A DNA stretch of 64,000 nucleotides, from the NCBI GenBank assembly GCA_009859145.1, contig VRVR01000015.1:327894-391893 (forward strand). The letters are read 5' to 3'. A model generated the notes under the pieces. It was not told the origin of the DNA, made no database searches, and saw nothing but the letters and a program-made list of their open reading frames with translations. The stretch comes from Andalucia godoyi And28 (Eukaryota; Protista; Jakobida). Position 1 is the first letter of the stretch. Every line of letters starts with the position of its first letter. Of this stretch, positions 62,570 to 64,000 are shown one piece after another. The position numbers and the translations under genes were made by a program.

Positions 62570-63241
62570 AGATTGCGTAGACAGAATTTGGATATCTACG
62601 ACGTGTTTGCTGCAATCCTCGATGGCGGCGGTGATAGACCAGGGCTAGGGAGATCCCGGGTTTTCTACTGTCAACATCGCATTCATCTTTGAATGCGATG
62701 CTTGCGAAAAGAAGTCAACAAGTGGTCCTCTGCAATTTCTTCTTGCTTTCGATCCGACACCTACTCAACATGACTGTGCGATGTGCTCCAAGCTCATCCA
62801 CAGTACCGTGCCGCGATCATGATCTGCTTTCGAAGACAGTGAGACAGCCTGGAGTTGTCGCAGAGCGGATGCGCAACCGAAGGACAGGGAAATCCGATGG
62901 ATCCGTACAAGGTCCTCTTTGAAGGAAAGCTGGTCGAGCCCGCGATGAAGTCTTCCGCTCTTGTGGCACTTGCTTCCAAAGGAACAACAAACCAAGATAC
63001 GCAACTCCGAGCCATGTTCCAAAAATACCAAAGCCAAGAGACAGTGGAAACGATATCCGTCTCCGAAGCTGGGATGAAGCATTCAACGGGTGTCGAGCCA
63101 ATATTGTCAAACGACGGACCGCGCTTCTGTAACTGTAGGAGAGCGAAAAAGAAATGCTCCAGCTCACACTGTCCATGCATCAAGAACAACCGTCGGTGCA
63201 CCGCCCTGTGCCACGAAGGTGACTCGTGCGCGAATGGGTGA
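62570..63241 (+). pseudogene. possible decayed transposon-derived (integrase-associated) Cys-rich coding remnant
   Basis: Broken frames carry DIYDVFAAILDGGGDR, then NIAFIFECDACEKK, then an ORF ending CNC-x6-C-x4-CPC-x6-C-x3-CH-x4-CAN (63128-63238). No integrase core found. Confidence 0.33.
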
Positions 63242-64000
63242 CCAAAGGTGGCCATCATGAGAATGATGAGTGCTGCACATATCCTCCTTGCTCAACGACT
63301 GCGCACACGCTGCATCTCGCCCTTCCCTCGACATTCCGACATGCTGGGACTTCTGCGACAGCGCAAGGAGTGAGAGTACCAGTGTCGATCGTCGATCGCT
63401 AGCCCGCTAGACTGCGGCCGGTGGGCTTAATGTAAAAGAGCCCTTCCGATGCATTCTTCATCTCCCGAAGGATGCGGAGCGGTATCGACAGACGATCGAG
63501 CATGTGCTTTTGAAGAGCGTGGATCTCACTGGCGCCTGTGCGTTGCTTGGGATGTCCGCCAGGAGATTGGTGTGCGGAGATTTGAAGCACATGAACACGG
63601 CTCCTTCTTCCGTGCGCTGCGCGATGCCGAGTTGGTACCCCCAGAGGTCCAGATCATGTCGACCACCCGGTGCAGCGTCAGGGAGGAAAAACGCGCTCTT
63701 GCGGGTTTCTTGGCGTATCGATTCCTTGGCAAGCCACAGTGCGCCCACTTCCCCCGGGCTGTATCGCAGGTTTTGCTGACGAGGGTAGGATCCGCTCCAG
63801 AAGGGGCTTGGCCCCTTCGAGTTCTGCGATACCGACAGCTCAGGCCCACCTGAAGGGTGATGTTTTCTTCACCAGATTCTGCATCCTCCGCACATGAGCA
63901 GTGCAACGGGGAGGCCTTGAGTCGAGGGATACCGCTGGGTCCTCCTCCAGTCGACGGTAGTTTCTCTCTCTCTCTCTCTCTCCTCTTTCTTTCTTTCTCC

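Noticed and set aside
1-64000. tRNA, rRNA, CRISPR arrays, telomeric repeats, intact transposase or reverse transcriptase
   Set aside because: No supporting signatures found by eye on either strand; tRNAscan-SE, Infernal and RepeatMasker would be needed to exclude them fully.

Overview
This is gene-dense, apparently almost intron-free nuclear DNA from a eukaryotic microbe. It has about 29 single-exon CDS separated by short A/T-rich, microsatellite-containing spacers. The gene content (H+-pyrophosphatase, plant-type catalases, and cilium-associated CCDC81-like and LRRC9-like genes) points to a free-living flagellated protist that is neither animal nor fungal; the species cannot be determined from the sequence alone. 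Housekeeping genes include SEC31, cytosolic LeuRS, HisRS, TMEM260, mitochondrial S21, AFG1, ETFB, PAM18, adenylate kinase, Trm9, Prp16, DeSI, ABHD4/5, TDP2 and an Atg15-like lipase. The most notable items are: (1) a >1750-aa DEK1-type multi-pass membrane calpain running off the left end, missed by the ORF track; (2) a ~60-bp element present twice (55/60 identical, 11 kb apart, inverted), each copy upstream of and co-oriented with an unrelated gene; one copy is flanked by a hairpin-dense ~400-nt non-coding tract, the other by twin palindromes sharing a 16-bp core and then a possible decayed Cys-rich transposon; (3) a tandemly duplicated bacterial-type ABM-plus-membrane protein; (4) a HisRS fused to an inactivated ammonia-lyase domain with an (SG)17 insert; (5) an ArfGEF-derived DCB-HUS protein without a Sec7 domain; (6) a degenerate HNH-like zinc protein; (7) an N-terminally truncated Prp16. 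All family assignments come from motif recognition by eye; no database searches were run.
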